Source: the human T2T-CHM13v2.0 reference genome, Homo sapiens. From it: DNA of 64,000 nucleotides. The notes under the pieces were generated by a model, which saw nothing but the letters and a program-made list of their open reading frames with translations, made no database searches and had not been told where the DNA came from. Both the position numbers and the translations under genes were made by a program. Below, piece by piece: positions 1-11,900 of this stretch (its first letter is position 1; each line of letters starts with the position of its first letter). The stretch lies in NCBI RefSeq assembly GCF_009914755.1, contig NC_060945.1. One strand, given 5' to 3'.

Positions 1-52
1 GAGCTGAATTGAATGGAATAGAATAGAATGGAAAGGAATGGTGAAATGAAAT

Positions 53-116
53 GTGTGCTGAGATTGTGCCACTAGACTCCGGGCTGGGTGACAGAGTGAG
101 ATACTCTCAAAAGAAA
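53..116 (+). mobile_element. Alu 3'-terminal fragment (type A, HOR copy 1)
   Basis: GTGTGCTGAGATTGTGCCACTAGACTCCGGGCTGGGTGACAGAGTGAGATACTCTCAAAAGAAA resembles the Alu end GTGAGCCGAGATCGCGCCACTGCACTCCAGCCTGGGCGACAGAGCGAGAC..CTCAAAA, with CpG decay. Confidence 0.9.
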
Positions 117-583
117 GGAATGGAATGGAATGCAGTGTAATGGAATGGAATGGAATGGAATGGAATGGAATGGAATGGAATGGAATAGAATGGAATGAAA
201 TGGAAAGGAATGGAATGGAGTGAACTGGAGAGGAGTGGATTGGAGAGAAGTGGGGTGGAGTGGAATGGAGGGGAATAGAATGGGATGGAATGGAATGGAA
301 TGAAGTGGAGTGGAGTGGGGTGGAGGGAAGTGCAGTGGAATGGAGCGGAATGGATTGGGATGGAATGGAATGCAGTGGAGTGGAGTGTAGTTGAGTGGAG
401 AGGAGTGGAATGTAGTGGAATGGAATCGGATGTAATGGAATGTAGAGGAGTGGAGTGGAGTGGAGTTGAACGGAGTGGAATGGAAGGGAAAGGAATGGAA
501 TGGAATGGATGTAAAGGAAAGGAATGGAATGCAATTTAATGTAATGGAATAGAATGCAATGAAATGGAAAGTTGACATGTAAT

Positions 584-647
584 ATGAGCTGAGATAGTGC
601 CACTGCACTCAAGCCTGGGTGACGCAGTGATATACAGTGGAAAGGAA
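584..647 (+). mobile_element. Alu 3'-terminal fragment (type B, copy 1)
   Basis: GAGCTGAGATAGTGCCACTGCACTCAAGCCTGGGTGACGCAGTGATATA; preceded by GTTGACATG. Confidence 0.88.
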
Positions 648-825
648 GCTATGGAATGCAATGGAGTGAAATGTTATGGAATTGAATGGAATTGAGAGGA
701 GGGGAATGGAGTTTAGTGCAATGGAGTCAACTGGAATGGGATGGAGTGGAATGGAGTGGAGTGGAGTGAAATAGAGAGGAATGGAATGGGATGGAATGGA
801 ATGGAATGGAATGGTGAAAAGAAAT

Positions 826-889
826 GTGAGCTGAGATTGTGCCACTGCACTCCAGCCTCTGTGACAGAGTGAGATCCTTTGGAAAGAAA
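826..889 (+). mobile_element. Alu 3'-terminal fragment (type C, copy 1 only)
   Basis: GTGAGCTGAGATTGTGCCACTGCACTCCAGCCTCTGTGACAGAGTGAGATCC. Confidence 0.92.
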
Positions 890-1177
890 GGAAAGGAATG
901 GTATGGAATGGAATGGAATGGAATGGAGTGGAGTGGAGAGGAGTGGAGTGGAGAGGAGTGGAGTGGAATGGATTGGAGTGGAATGGAATGGAGTGGAGTG
1001 GAATGGAATGGAGTGGAATGGAATGGAATGGAGTGGAGTGGAATGGAATGGAATGGAGTGGAATGGAATGGAATGGAGTGGAATGGAATGTAATGGAGTG
1101 GGATGGAATGCAATGGAAATGAATGCAATGGAATGAAACGGAATGGAACGGAATGGAATGGAATGGTGAAAAGAAAT

Positions 1178-1241
1178 GTGTGCTGAGATTGTGCCACTGC
1201 GCTACACCCTGTGTGAGAGAGGGAGATCTTGTCAAAAGAAA
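1178..1241 (+). mobile_element. Alu 3'-terminal fragment (type D, copy 1)
   Basis: GCTGAGATTGTGCCACTGCGCTACACCCTGTGTGAGAGAGGGAGATCTTGTCAAAAGAAA. Confidence 0.85.
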
Positions 1242-1364
1242 GTAGTGGAATGGAAGGGATTGGAATTGCACGGAATGGAATAGGTTGGAGTGGAGTGGAG
1301 TGGAATTCAGTGGATAGGAGTGGAGTGCAGTGGAATGGAAAGGAATGGAATGGTGAAATGAAAA

Positions 1365-1428
1365 ATGGCTTGAGATTGTGCCACTGCACTCCTGCCTGAG
1401 TGACAGAGTGAGATCCTCTCAAATGAAA
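1365..1428 (+). mobile_element. Alu 3'-terminal fragment (type E, copy 1)
   Basis: TGAGATTGTGCCACTGCACTCCTGCCTGAGTGACAGAGTGAGATCCTCTCAAA. Confidence 0.9.
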
Positions 1429-1646
1429 GGAATGCAATCTAATGGAGTGGAATGCAATAGAATGGAGTGGAGTAGAGTGGATTGGAGAGGAAAGGAGTGC
1501 AATGGAATGGGATGGAAAGGAAAGGAGTGGAGTGGAATGGAATGGAATGGAGTGGAGTGAAGTGGAATGGATTGCAATGGAGTGGAGTGGAGTAGAGCAG
1601 AATGGAACTGAATGGAACGGAATTGAATGGAATGGTGAAATTAAAT

Positions 1647-1710
1647 GTCAGCTGAGATTGTGCCACTGCTCTCCGGGCTGGGTGATGGAGTGAGATACTC
1701 TCGAAAGAAA
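1647..1710 (+). mobile_element. Alu 3'-terminal fragment (type A, copy 2)
   Basis: GCTGAGATTGTGCCACTGCTCTCCGGGCTGGGTGATGGAGTGAGATACTCTCGAAAGAAA; shares CCGGGCTGGGTGA and GAGATACTCTC with 53-116. Confidence 0.88.
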
Positions 1711-2133
1711 GGAATGGAATGGAATGCAATGCAGTGGAATGGAATGGAATGGAATGGAATGGAGTGGACTGGAGTGGATTGGAGTGGAGTGAAGTGGAGT
1801 GGAGTGGAATGGAGAGGAATGCAATGGGATGGAATGGAATGGAATGAAGTGGAGTGGAGTGGGGAGGAGCGGAGTCCAGTGGAATGGAGCAGAATGGAAT
1901 TGGATGGAGTGGAATGGAGTGGTGTAGAGAGAAGGGGAGTGGAGAGGAGTGGAATGGAGTGGAATGGAATTGGATGTGACGGAATGCAGTGGAGTGGAGT
2001 GGTGTGGAATGGGATGGAATGTTGTGGAGTGGAGTGGAGTGGAACGGAATGGAATGGAATAGAATGGAATACAATGGAATTCAATGGAATGCAATGGAAT
2101 AGAATGCAATGAAATGGAATGTTGTCATGCAAT

Positions 2134-2197
2134 GTGAGCAGAGACTGTGCCACTGCTCTCCAGCCTGAGTGACACAGTGATATAGTGTCGAAAGAAA
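2134..2197 (+). mobile_element. Alu 3'-terminal fragment (type B, copy 2)
   Basis: GTGAGCAGAGACTGTGCCACTGCTCTCCAGCCTGAGTGACACAGTGATATA; shares CAGTGATATA and upstream GTTG(A/T)CATG with 584-647. Confidence 0.87.
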
Positions 2198-2715
2198 GGA
2201 ATGGAATGCAATGGAGTGAAATGGAATGGAATGAAAAGGAGAGCAGTGAAGTGGAGTGGAGTGGAGCGGAGTGGAGTGGAGTGGACTGCAATGGAATGGA
2301 ATGGAGTGGAGTGGAATGGAATGGTAAGGAATGGAATGGAAAGGAATTGAGTGGAGTGGAATGGAAGGGAGAGGAATTGAGTGGAGTGGAGTGGAATGCA
2401 ATCGAATAGAATGTAATGGAAGGGAATGGAATGGAGTGGAAAGGAATGGAATGGAGTGGAATGGAATGAAATGGAATGGAGTGGAGTGGAATGGAGTGAA
2501 GTGGAGTGGAATGGAGTGGACAGGAGTGGAGTGGAATGGAATGGAGTGGAATGAAATGGAATGGAGTGGAATGGAGTGGAAAAGAGTGGAATGGAATGTG
2601 GTGGAATGAAATGGAGTGGAGTGGACTGGAGTAGATTGAAATGGAATGCAGAGGAATGGAATGAAGTGGAATGGAATGGAATGGAATGGAATGGAATGAA
2701 ATGGTGAAAAGGAAT

Positions 2716-2778
2716 GAGTGCTGAGATTGTGCCACGTGCTACAGCCTGTGTGACACAGGGAGATCCTGTCGAAAGAAA
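2716..2778 (+). mobile_element. Alu 3'-terminal fragment (type D, copy 2)
   Basis: GCTGAGATTGTGCCACGTGCTACAGCCTGTGTGACACAGGGAGATCCTGTC; shares GCTACA, CCTGTGTGA and AGGGAGATC with 1178-1241. Confidence 0.85.
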
Positions 2779-2901
2779 GGAGTGGAATGGAAGAGATTGG
2801 AATGGAATGGAGTGGAATGGATTGGAGTGGAGTGGAGTAGAATTCAGTGGAGTGGAGTGCAGTGGAATAGAATGGAATGGAATGAAATGCTGAAGTAAAA
2901 C

Positions 2902-2964
2902 GTGAGATGAGATTGTGCCACTGCACACAGCCTTGGTGACAGAGTGAGATCCTGTCAAAAGAAA
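2902..2964 (+). mobile_element. Alu 3'-terminal fragment (type E, copy 2)
   Basis: GTGAGATGAGATTGTGCCACTGCACACAGCCTTGGTGACAGAGTGAGATCCTGTCAAAAGAAA. Confidence 0.88.
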
Positions 2965-3182
2965 GGAATGGAAAGGAAACGAGTGGAATGGAATGGAATG
3001 GAGTGGAATGGAATGGAGTGGGGTGGATTGGAGTGGAGTGGAAAGGAGTGGAATGAAATGGGATGGAATGGAAAGGAGTGGAGCGGAATGGACTGGAGTG
3101 GAGTGGAGTGGAATGGATTGGAGTGGAGTGGAGTAGAGTGGAATAGAGTGGAATGGAATGCAATGGAATGGTGAAATGAAAT

Positions 3183-3246
3183 GTGAGCTGAGATTCTGCC
3201 ACTGCACTGCAGGCTGGGTGATAGAGTGAGATACTTTCGAAAGAAA
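3183..3246 (+). mobile_element. Alu 3'-terminal fragment (type A, copy 3)
   Basis: GTGAGCTGAGATTCTGCCACTGCACTGCAGGCTGGGTGATAGAGTGAGATACTTTCGAAAGAAA. Confidence 0.88.
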
Positions 3247-6165
3247 GGAATAGAACAGAATGCAGTGGAATGGAATGGAATGGAATGGAGTGGACTGAAG
3301 TGGAGAGGAGTGGGGTGAATTAGAGTTGACTGGAATGGAGACAAATGGAATGAGATGGAACGGAATGCAATGGAATGGAATGAAGTGGAGATGAGTTGTG
3401 TGGAGAAGATTGTCGTTGAATGGAGCAGAATGGAAGGGGATGGAGTGGAATGGAGTGCTGTGGAGTGCAGTGCAGAGGAGAGGAGTGCAATGGCATGGAA
3501 TGGAGTTGGATACAATGGAATTTAGTGTAGTGGAGCAGAGTAAAGTAGAACGGAGTGGTATGGAATGGAGTGGAATAGAATAGAATGGATTCGAATGGAA
3601 TGGACGGGAATGGAATGGAATGGAATGGACTCGAATGGAATGGAATCGAATGAAATGGAATCTAATGAAAGGTAATCAAATGGAATGGAATCGAATTGAA
3701 TGGAACGGAATGGAACGGTCTCGAATGCAACAGAATCAAATGGAATAGAATCGAGTGGAATGGAATGGACTCGAATGGATAGGAATGGAAACGAAAGGAA
3801 TGGAAACGGAATGGATTCGAAAGGAATGGACTGGAATGGAATGCAATCGAATGGAATGGAATCGAACAGAATGGAATCAAATGGAATGGAATGGATTCGA
3901 ATGGACTGGACAGGAATGGAATGGTCCTGAAAGGAAAGGAATGGAATGGAAAAGAAGGGAATGGAATGGAGTGGAATGGAATGGAATAGAATTTAATGGA
4001 ATGGAACGGACTCGAATGAAATGGCCTGGAGTGGAATGGAATCGAATGGAATAGAATTGACTGAAATGGAATCGAAAGGGATGGAATAGAATTTAATGGA
4101 ATAGAATGGATTGGAATGGAATGGAATCTAATCAAATCAAATGGAATGGAATAGAATGGAAGGGAAGGGAATAGAAAGGAATAGAATGGAATAGATTCAA
4201 ATGGAATGGAATGGAATAGAATGGAATGGATTCAAATGGAATGGAATAGAAATGAATGTAACACAATGGAACGGAATGGAAACTAATAGCATGGAATGGA
4301 ACGGAATGGAATGGAATGGAATAGATTTGAAAGGAATGGAATGGACTGGACTCAAAAGGAATGGACTGGAATGGCATGGAATTGAACGGTATGGAATGGA
4401 ATGGAATGGAATTGAATGGAATGGATTTGAAAGGAATGGAATGGAAAGGAAAGGAATGGAACAGACTGGAATGGAATGGACTGGAATGAATTGGAATTGA
4501 ATGGAATGGAATGGAAATGAGTGGAATGCAATGGAATGGACTGGAATGGAATGGAATGGAATGGACTGTAATGGAATGGAGTATAATAGAACGGCCCCAA
4601 ATGGAATCTAATCGAATGGAATGGAATGGAATGGAATCAAATGGAATGGAAAGGAATAGAATGGAATCGAATGGAATGGACTCGAATGAAATGTACTGGA
4701 ATGGAATGGACTCGAATGGAATGGACTGGAATGGAATGTATTCAAAGAGAATGGAATTGAATGGAATGGACACGAATGCAATAAAATGGAATGGAATGGA
4801 CACGAATAGAATGGATTCTAATAGAATGGACTGGAATGGAATGGATTAAATTGGATGGACTCGAATGGAATGTAATCGAATGGAATGGAATCGAACGGGA
4901 CAGAATCGAATGGAATAGAATCGAATGGAAAGGAATCGAATGGAATGGACTGGAAAGAAATGGAATTGATAAGAATGGACTCGAATGGAATGGACTCAAA
5001 AGGAAAGGAATTGAATGAAATGGAATTGAATGGAATGGAATCGAATTTAATGGAATGGAATCGAATGGAATGCAATCGAATGGAATGCAATGGAATGGAA
5101 TGGAATCGACTGGAATAGAATCTACTAGAATGGAATGGAATGGAATGGAATGGATTCGATTGGAGTGGACAGGAATGGAATGGACTAGAATGGAATGAAC
5201 TCAAAAAGAAAGAAATGGAATGGAATGGAATAGAACAGAATGTAATGGGATCGAATGGAATGGAATCTAATGAAATGCAATCGAACGGAATGCAATAGAA
5301 TGGAAAGGAATGGAATGGAATAGAAACGAATGGAATGGAATTGAGTGAAATGGATTCTAATGTAATAGAATTGAATTGATTGAAATGCAATGGAATGGAA
5401 AGGACTCGAATGTAGTAGACTGGAATGGAATGGACTCGAATGAAATGGACTGGAAGGGAATGAGCTCGATTGGAATGCAAACGAATGGAATAGAATCGAA
5501 TGTAATGAAATCAAATGGAATGAATTGAATGGAATGAAACCGAATGGAATGCACTGGAATGGAATGGACTCGAATTGAAAGGAATCGAATATAATGGAAT
5601 GGAACGGAATGAAAAGTAACGGAATGGAATGGAATCAAATGGAATGGACTCGAATGCAATGCACTGGAATTGAATGGAATCGAGTGGAATGGACTTGAAT
5701 GGAATGGCGTCTAATGCAATGGAATGGACTGCAAAAGAATCGAGTTGAATGGAATTATTGGAATGGAGTTGAATGGAATGGATTGGAAAGGAATTGAATC
5801 AAATGGAATGGAATCGATTGGAATGGACTAGAATGGAATGGACACTAAAGGAATGGAATGAAATGGAATGGTCTCGAATGGAATGGAATGGAATGGAAAG
5901 GGCTCGAATGGAATGGAACCCAAAGGACTGGCATCGAATGCAATGGAATCTAATGGAATGGAATCCAATGTAATAGACCGGATTGGAATGAACTCAGATG
6001 CAATTGACTGCAAAGGAAAGGTCTCGAATGGAATGTAACGGAATGCGACGTACTCAAATGGAATGGACTCGAATGGAAAGGAATGGAATGGAATGGAATC
6101 AAATGGAATCGGTTGGAATAGCATGGATTTGAACCAAATGGAATGAAATGGAATGGTCTTGAAAG

Positions 6166-6375
6166 TAATGGGCAGGAATGGAATGGAACCGAATGGAATG
6201 GAATGAATTGGAAAGGAATGGATTGGACTCGAATTTAATGGGCAGGAATGGAATGGAACAGAATGGAATGGAATGAATTGGAATGGAATGGATTGGACTC
6301 GAATTTAATGGGCAGGAATGGAATGGAACAGAATGGAATGGAATGAATTGGAATGGAATGGATTGGACACGAATG
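6166..6375 (+). repeat. Local 70-bp tandem triplication
   Basis: GGCAGGAATG at 6171, 6241 and 6311, each preceded by TAATG, with near-identical intervening sequence. Confidence 0.92.
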
Positions 6376-6594
6376 TAATTGACTGCAATGGAATGGACTC
6401 GAATGGAATGGAATCAAAAGAAATGGAATAGAATGGAATGGAATGGAACTGAATGTATCAGACTGGAATGGAATGGACTCGAATGTTATGGACTTGAATG
6501 GAATGGACTGGAATGGAATGGAATGGAATCAAATGGAATGGAATCGAATGGAATGGACTGGAATGCAATGGAAATGAATGGACTGGACTGGAAT

Positions 6595-6609
6595 GGAATG
6601 TTCTAGAAT
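6595..6609. promoter_or_regulatory. Perfect 3-unit heat-shock element (candidate HSF1 site)
   Basis: gGAAtgTTCtaGAAt fits nGAAnnTTCnnGAAn. Motif match only; function untested. Confidence 0.5.
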
Positions 6610-7209
6610 AAAATGGCATCGAATGAAATGTAACGTACTGGAACGGAATGTATTCCAATGAAATGGCCTGGAAAGGAATTAACTCGAACGTAACTGACTT
6701 GAATGGAATGCAATTGAATGGCAAGGAATAGAATGTAATGGAATGGAATGGATTGGAATGAAATGGAATGGAATGGAATGGAAAGGAATGGAATGGAATG
6801 GAAGAGAATAGAATGGAATGGAATCGAATGGAGTGGACTATAATGGAATGGATTGGAATGGAATGGATTCAAATGGAATGGAATCGAATGGAGCGGATTT
6901 GAATGGAATGGACTTGAGTGGCATAGATTCAAATGGAATGGACTGGAATGGAATGCCTTTGAATGGAATGGAATAGAATGGGATGGAATCGAATGGAATG
7001 GAATCGAATTGAGTGGACTCAAATGGAATGGACTCGAATGTAATGGACTCAAAGGGAATGGACTCGAATGGAATGGAATCTAAATGAATGGAATGGAATC
7101 AAAAGGAATGGAATCGCAAGGAATGGAATGGCATGGAATGGAATGGATTGGAATGGAATCGAGTGGAATGGATTGGAATGAAATGTACTGGAATGGAATG
7201 GACTGAAAG

Positions 7210-7224
7210 GGAACATTCTCGAAT
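7210..7224. promoter_or_regulatory. Perfect 3-unit heat-shock element (candidate HSF1 site)
   Basis: gGAAcaTTCtcGAAt fits nGAAnnTTCnnGAAn. Motif match only. Confidence 0.5.
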
Positions 7225-8524
7225 GGAATGGAATAGAAAGGAATGGACTCGAATGGAATTGAAACAACTGGAATGGAATCTAGTGGAATGGAATGGAATG
7301 GAATGGAGTGGAATGGACAGGAATGGAATGGATTCGAATAGAATGAACATGAATGGAATGGATTCAAATGGGATGGACTCGAATGGAATGCATTTGAATG
7401 GAATGGAATTGAATGGAATGGAATCAAATGGAATGGACTGGAATTGAATGGATTCATACGGAGTGGACTCGAATGGAATGGACTCGAAATGAAAGGAATC
7501 TATTGTAATGGAACAGAACGGTATGGAAACGACTTGAATGGAAAGGATTCAAATGGAATGCAATGGAATGGAATGAAATGGAATGGAATCAAAAGGAATG
7601 GAATCGAGTGGAAGTCTTGAATGGAATGGAATCTAATGGAATGGAATGGACTCCAATGGAATGCACTGGAATAGAATGGACTCGAAAGGAAAGGACTCGA
7701 ATAGAAAGGACAAAAAGGAAAGGAATCAAAAGGAATGGAATCGATGGCAATAGAATCGAATGGAATGGAATAGAAAGGAATGCAAACGAATGGAACGGAA
7801 TGGTATGGAATGGAATGGAATGGAATCAAATGGAAAGTAATTGAGTGGAATGTAGATGAAAGGATAAGAATCTAATGGAATGGAATCTAATGCAATGGAA
7901 TTGGACAGAATGGAATGGAATGGAATAGAATGGAATGAAATGGAATGGAATCAAATGTAATGGACCGGAATTGAGTGGACCCGAATGGAATGGATTGGAA
8001 TGGAATGAACTCAAATGGAATGCAATAGAATGGAATGGAATCGAATGTAATGGAATCAAATGGAATGGAATTGAATAGAATGGAATCGAATGGAATAGAC
8101 GAATAGAATCGACTCGAATGGATTGGAATCAAATATAATAGAATGTAATTTAATGGAAAGGAAAGGAATGGAACCAAATGGAATGAACTCGAATGGAATG
8201 GACTGGAATTGAATGGACTCGAATGGAATGGACTTGAAAGGAATGGAATCTAATGGAATGGAAACAAATTGAATGGAATCGATTGGAATGGACTGGAAAG
8301 GAATGGACTGGAAAGGAATGGAATGGAATGGAATCCAAAGGAATGGAATGGAATGTAACAGAATTGAATGTAACAGAATAGAATGGAATGAAATCAAATG
8401 AAAAGGGATCAAATGGAATGGAATCATATGGAGTGGAATCAAATTAAATGGAATGGAATCGAATGGAATGGAATCAAATGGAATGGAATCAAATTGAAAG
8501 GAGTCGAATGGCACGGAATGGAAT

Positions 8525-8900
8525 CGAATGGATTGCAGTGAAGTGGAGTGGAGTGGAATGGACTGGGATGGAATGGAATTGAATGTAGAGGACGGGAGTG
8601 GAGTTGAATGGACTCAAATGGAATGGAAGGGGAAGGAATGGAATTGAACGGAATGGAGTATAATGGAGTGGAGTGGAATGTAATGCAATGGAATGGAATG
8701 GAATGGAATAGAATGGAATGGAGTTAATGGATTGCAAAGGAGTGGAATGGAAGGAAGTGGAGATGGATGGAATGGAGTATAGTGGAGTGGAGTGGAGTGG
8801 AATGGAATGGAATGGACTCCAAAGGACTGGAGTCAAATGAAATGTAATTGAAAGCAATGGAATGGAACGGAATGGAACGGACTCCAAAGGACTGGAGTCG
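8525..8900 (+). repeat. GGAGT-dialect island inside the TCGAA domain
   Basis: Abrupt appearance of GTGGAGTGGAGTGG, GATTGCAGTG and GAAGTGG runs between TCGAA-type flanks. Confidence 0.7.
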
Positions 8901-11900
8901 AACGGAATGGAATTGAATGCAAAGGAATGGAATGGAATGGAATGGAATGGAACGGAATGCAATTAAATGAAATGGAAAGGAACGCAATGGAATGGAATGG
9001 AGTGGAATGCAATGGAATCAAATTGAATGGAATGGAATCGAACAGAATGGAATGGAATGGAATGAAATGCAATAGAAAGGACTGGAATAGAATGGAATGG
9101 AATGGAATCGAATCGAATTTAATGGAATCAATTAGAATGGGACCGAATAGAGTGGAATGGAATGGTGTGGAATGGACTAGAATGGAATGGAATGGAAAGG
9201 AAAGGGCTCGAATGGAATGGACCCGAATGGAATGGAATCAAATGCAATGGAATGCAAAGGAACAGAATAGAATGGAATGGAAGGTAATGGACTCTAATGT
9301 AATGGAATGCAATGCTATGGACTCGAATGGAATGGATTCAAATGGAATGGACTCGAAAGGAATGGACTCGAATGGAATGGAATCTAATGGAAAGGAATTG
9401 AATGAAATGGACTGGAAGGGATCGGTTTCGCACGGAATGGAATGGAATAGAATGGAATGGAATGGAATGGAATCGAATGGAATGGACTCGAATGGAATGG
9501 ACTCCAATGGAATGGACTTGAAAGGAATGCAATCGAATGGAATGGAATCGAATGGAATGGATTCGAAGGGAATGAAATGCAATCAAATGGAATGGAATCA
9601 AACGGAGTGGAATGGAATGGAATGGAATGGACTCGAATGTAAAGGACTGGAACGGAAAAGACTGGAATCAAATGGACTCACATGGAATGGAGTCAAATGG
9701 AATGCAATCAAATAGAATAGAACAAAATGGAATGGAATGGAATCGAATGGAATGGAATATATTCGAATATAAAGGACTGGAATGGAATGTACTTGAATGA
9801 AATGGACTTGAATGAAAAGGATTTGTATGGAATGCACTCAAATGGAATGGAATTAAACAAAATGGACTCGAATGGAATGCAGTCGATTAGAATGGAATCG
9901 AATGGGGTGGAATCTAATGGAATGGACTGCAATGGAATGGACTCCAAAGAATGGACTCGAATGGAATAGACTCGAATGTAACGTAATGTAATGAAATCGT
10001 AAAAAATGGGATGGACTCGATTGTAATGGATTGTAATGCAATAGACTAGCATGGAATGGACTCCAATGGAATGGAACAAAATGGAATGGAAAGGATTGGA
10101 ATGTACTCGAATTTAAATGACTAGAAAGGAATGGACTTGAATGGAATTGACTCGAATGGAATACAGTCGAATGGAATGGAATGCAATGGAAAGGAAAGGA
10201 GTGGAATGGAATGGACAGTAATCGAATGGACTTGAAAGGAAGGGACTCGAATGGAATGTACTCGAATGGAATGCAATCGAATGGAATGGAATCGAATGGA
10301 ATGGAATCAAAAGGAATGGACTGGAATGAAATAGAATGGAATGGAATGGACTCGATTGGAATGGACTGGAATGGAATAGACTCAAAAGGAATGGACTCAA
10401 ATGGAATGCAATCGACTGCAATGGAACTGAATGGAGTGGAATCGAACGGAATGGTATTGAATGGAATGGACTCTAATGGAATGCAATAGAATCGAAAGGA
10501 CACTAATGGAATGAACTGGAATGGACCGGTCTCGAATGGAATGGAAAGGAATGGAATGGACTGGAACGGAATCTAATGGAATGGACTTGAATAGAATGGA
10601 CTCGAATTGAAAGGATTCGAATGGAATGGACGCGAATGGTCTGGAATTGAATCGAATCGAATGTAATGCTCTCTAATGGATTGGTCACGAATGGAATGGA
10701 ATCAAATGGAACGGAATCAAATGAAATGGACTCGAATGAAATGTAATCGAATGGAATGGAATCAAATAGAATGGCATAGAATGGAATGGACTTAAATTTA
10801 ATGGATTGGAATGGAACAGTCTGGAATGGAATGGAATTGAATGGAATGGAATGGAGTATAACGGAATGAAATGGAATGGAATCGAATAGAATGGAAAGGA
10901 ATGGAATGGAATGGAATCGAATGCAATGTAAAGGCATGGAATGGCACAGAACGGAACGGAATTGAAAGGAATAGAATCTAATGGAATGGAATGGAATTGA
11001 TTCCAATGGAATGGACTGGAATGGAATAGAATGGAAGGGAATTTATTCACATGGAATGGGCTGGAATGGAATTGAGTGGAATGGAATGGACTACAAGGGA
11101 AAGAACATGAATGGAATGGAATTCAATAGAATGGAATCGAATGGAATGGAAGGGTATGGAATGAAATATAATGCAGTCGAATGGAATGGAATGGATTGGA
11201 AAGGAATGGAATGGAATGGAATAGAATCGAATGGAATGGACTGTAACAGATTCGACTGGAAAGGAATGGAGTCCTATGGAACGGATTCAAATGGAATGGA
11301 TTCGCATCGAATGGATACGAGTGGTCTGGAATGGAATGGACTCGAATGCAATGGTCTCCAATAGAATGGATTCGAATGGAATGCAATTGAATGGAAAGGA
11401 ATAAAATTTAATGGAATCGAATGGAATGGAATCGAATGGAATGGAATCTAGTGGAATGGAATAGAATCGATACGACCCGAATGGAATGAACTGGAATAGA
11501 ATGATCTCCAATGGAATGGAATCGGGTGGAATGGAATCGATTGGAATGGAAAGAAAATGAAAAGAATGGAAAGCAATAGAATGAAAAGGAATGGAATGAA
11601 ATGGAGTCAATCGAATTGACTAGAATGGAATGGAATGTACATGAAAGTAATGAACTGGAATGGAATGGAGTTGATTCGAATTGTGTCTAACGGAATGGAA
11701 TCGAAAGGAATGGAATCCAATGGAATGCAATCACAAGGATTGGAAAGGAATGGAATGGACTCGAATGGAAGGGAATAAAATGGAATGGAAAGGAGTGGAC
11801 TGGAATGGCATGGACTCGAAAGGAATGGACTGGAATGGAACCGTTCCGAATGAAATGGACCCGAATGGATTGGAACTGAAAGGTATGGTATTGAATGGAA

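Larger units (their letters stand above)
1..3575 (+). repeat. Composite GGAAT/GGAGT satellite with Alu 3'-end fragments; ~1.55 kb higher-order repeat (about 2.3 copies visible)
   Basis: Ten Alu-derived ~64-mers. Diagnostic variants recur at offsets of 1594, 1536, 1550, 1538 and 1537 bp. Confidence 0.88.

Noticed and set aside
53-3246. CRISPR-like or regularly interspaced repeat-spacer array
   Set aside because: The repeated ~64-mer is an Alu 3' end, the spacers are 120-520 bp of satellite, the copies are diverged, and there are no cas genes.
53-3246. Functional Alu/7SL ncRNA or active SINEs
   Set aside because: Only the last ~55 nt of the Alu are present; there are no Pol III A/B boxes, left arm, long poly(A) tail or target-site duplications.
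8927-9715. Plus-strand MEWNG-repeat ORFs
   Set aside because: Direct translation of (GGAAT)n; these occur throughout the window in multiple frames.
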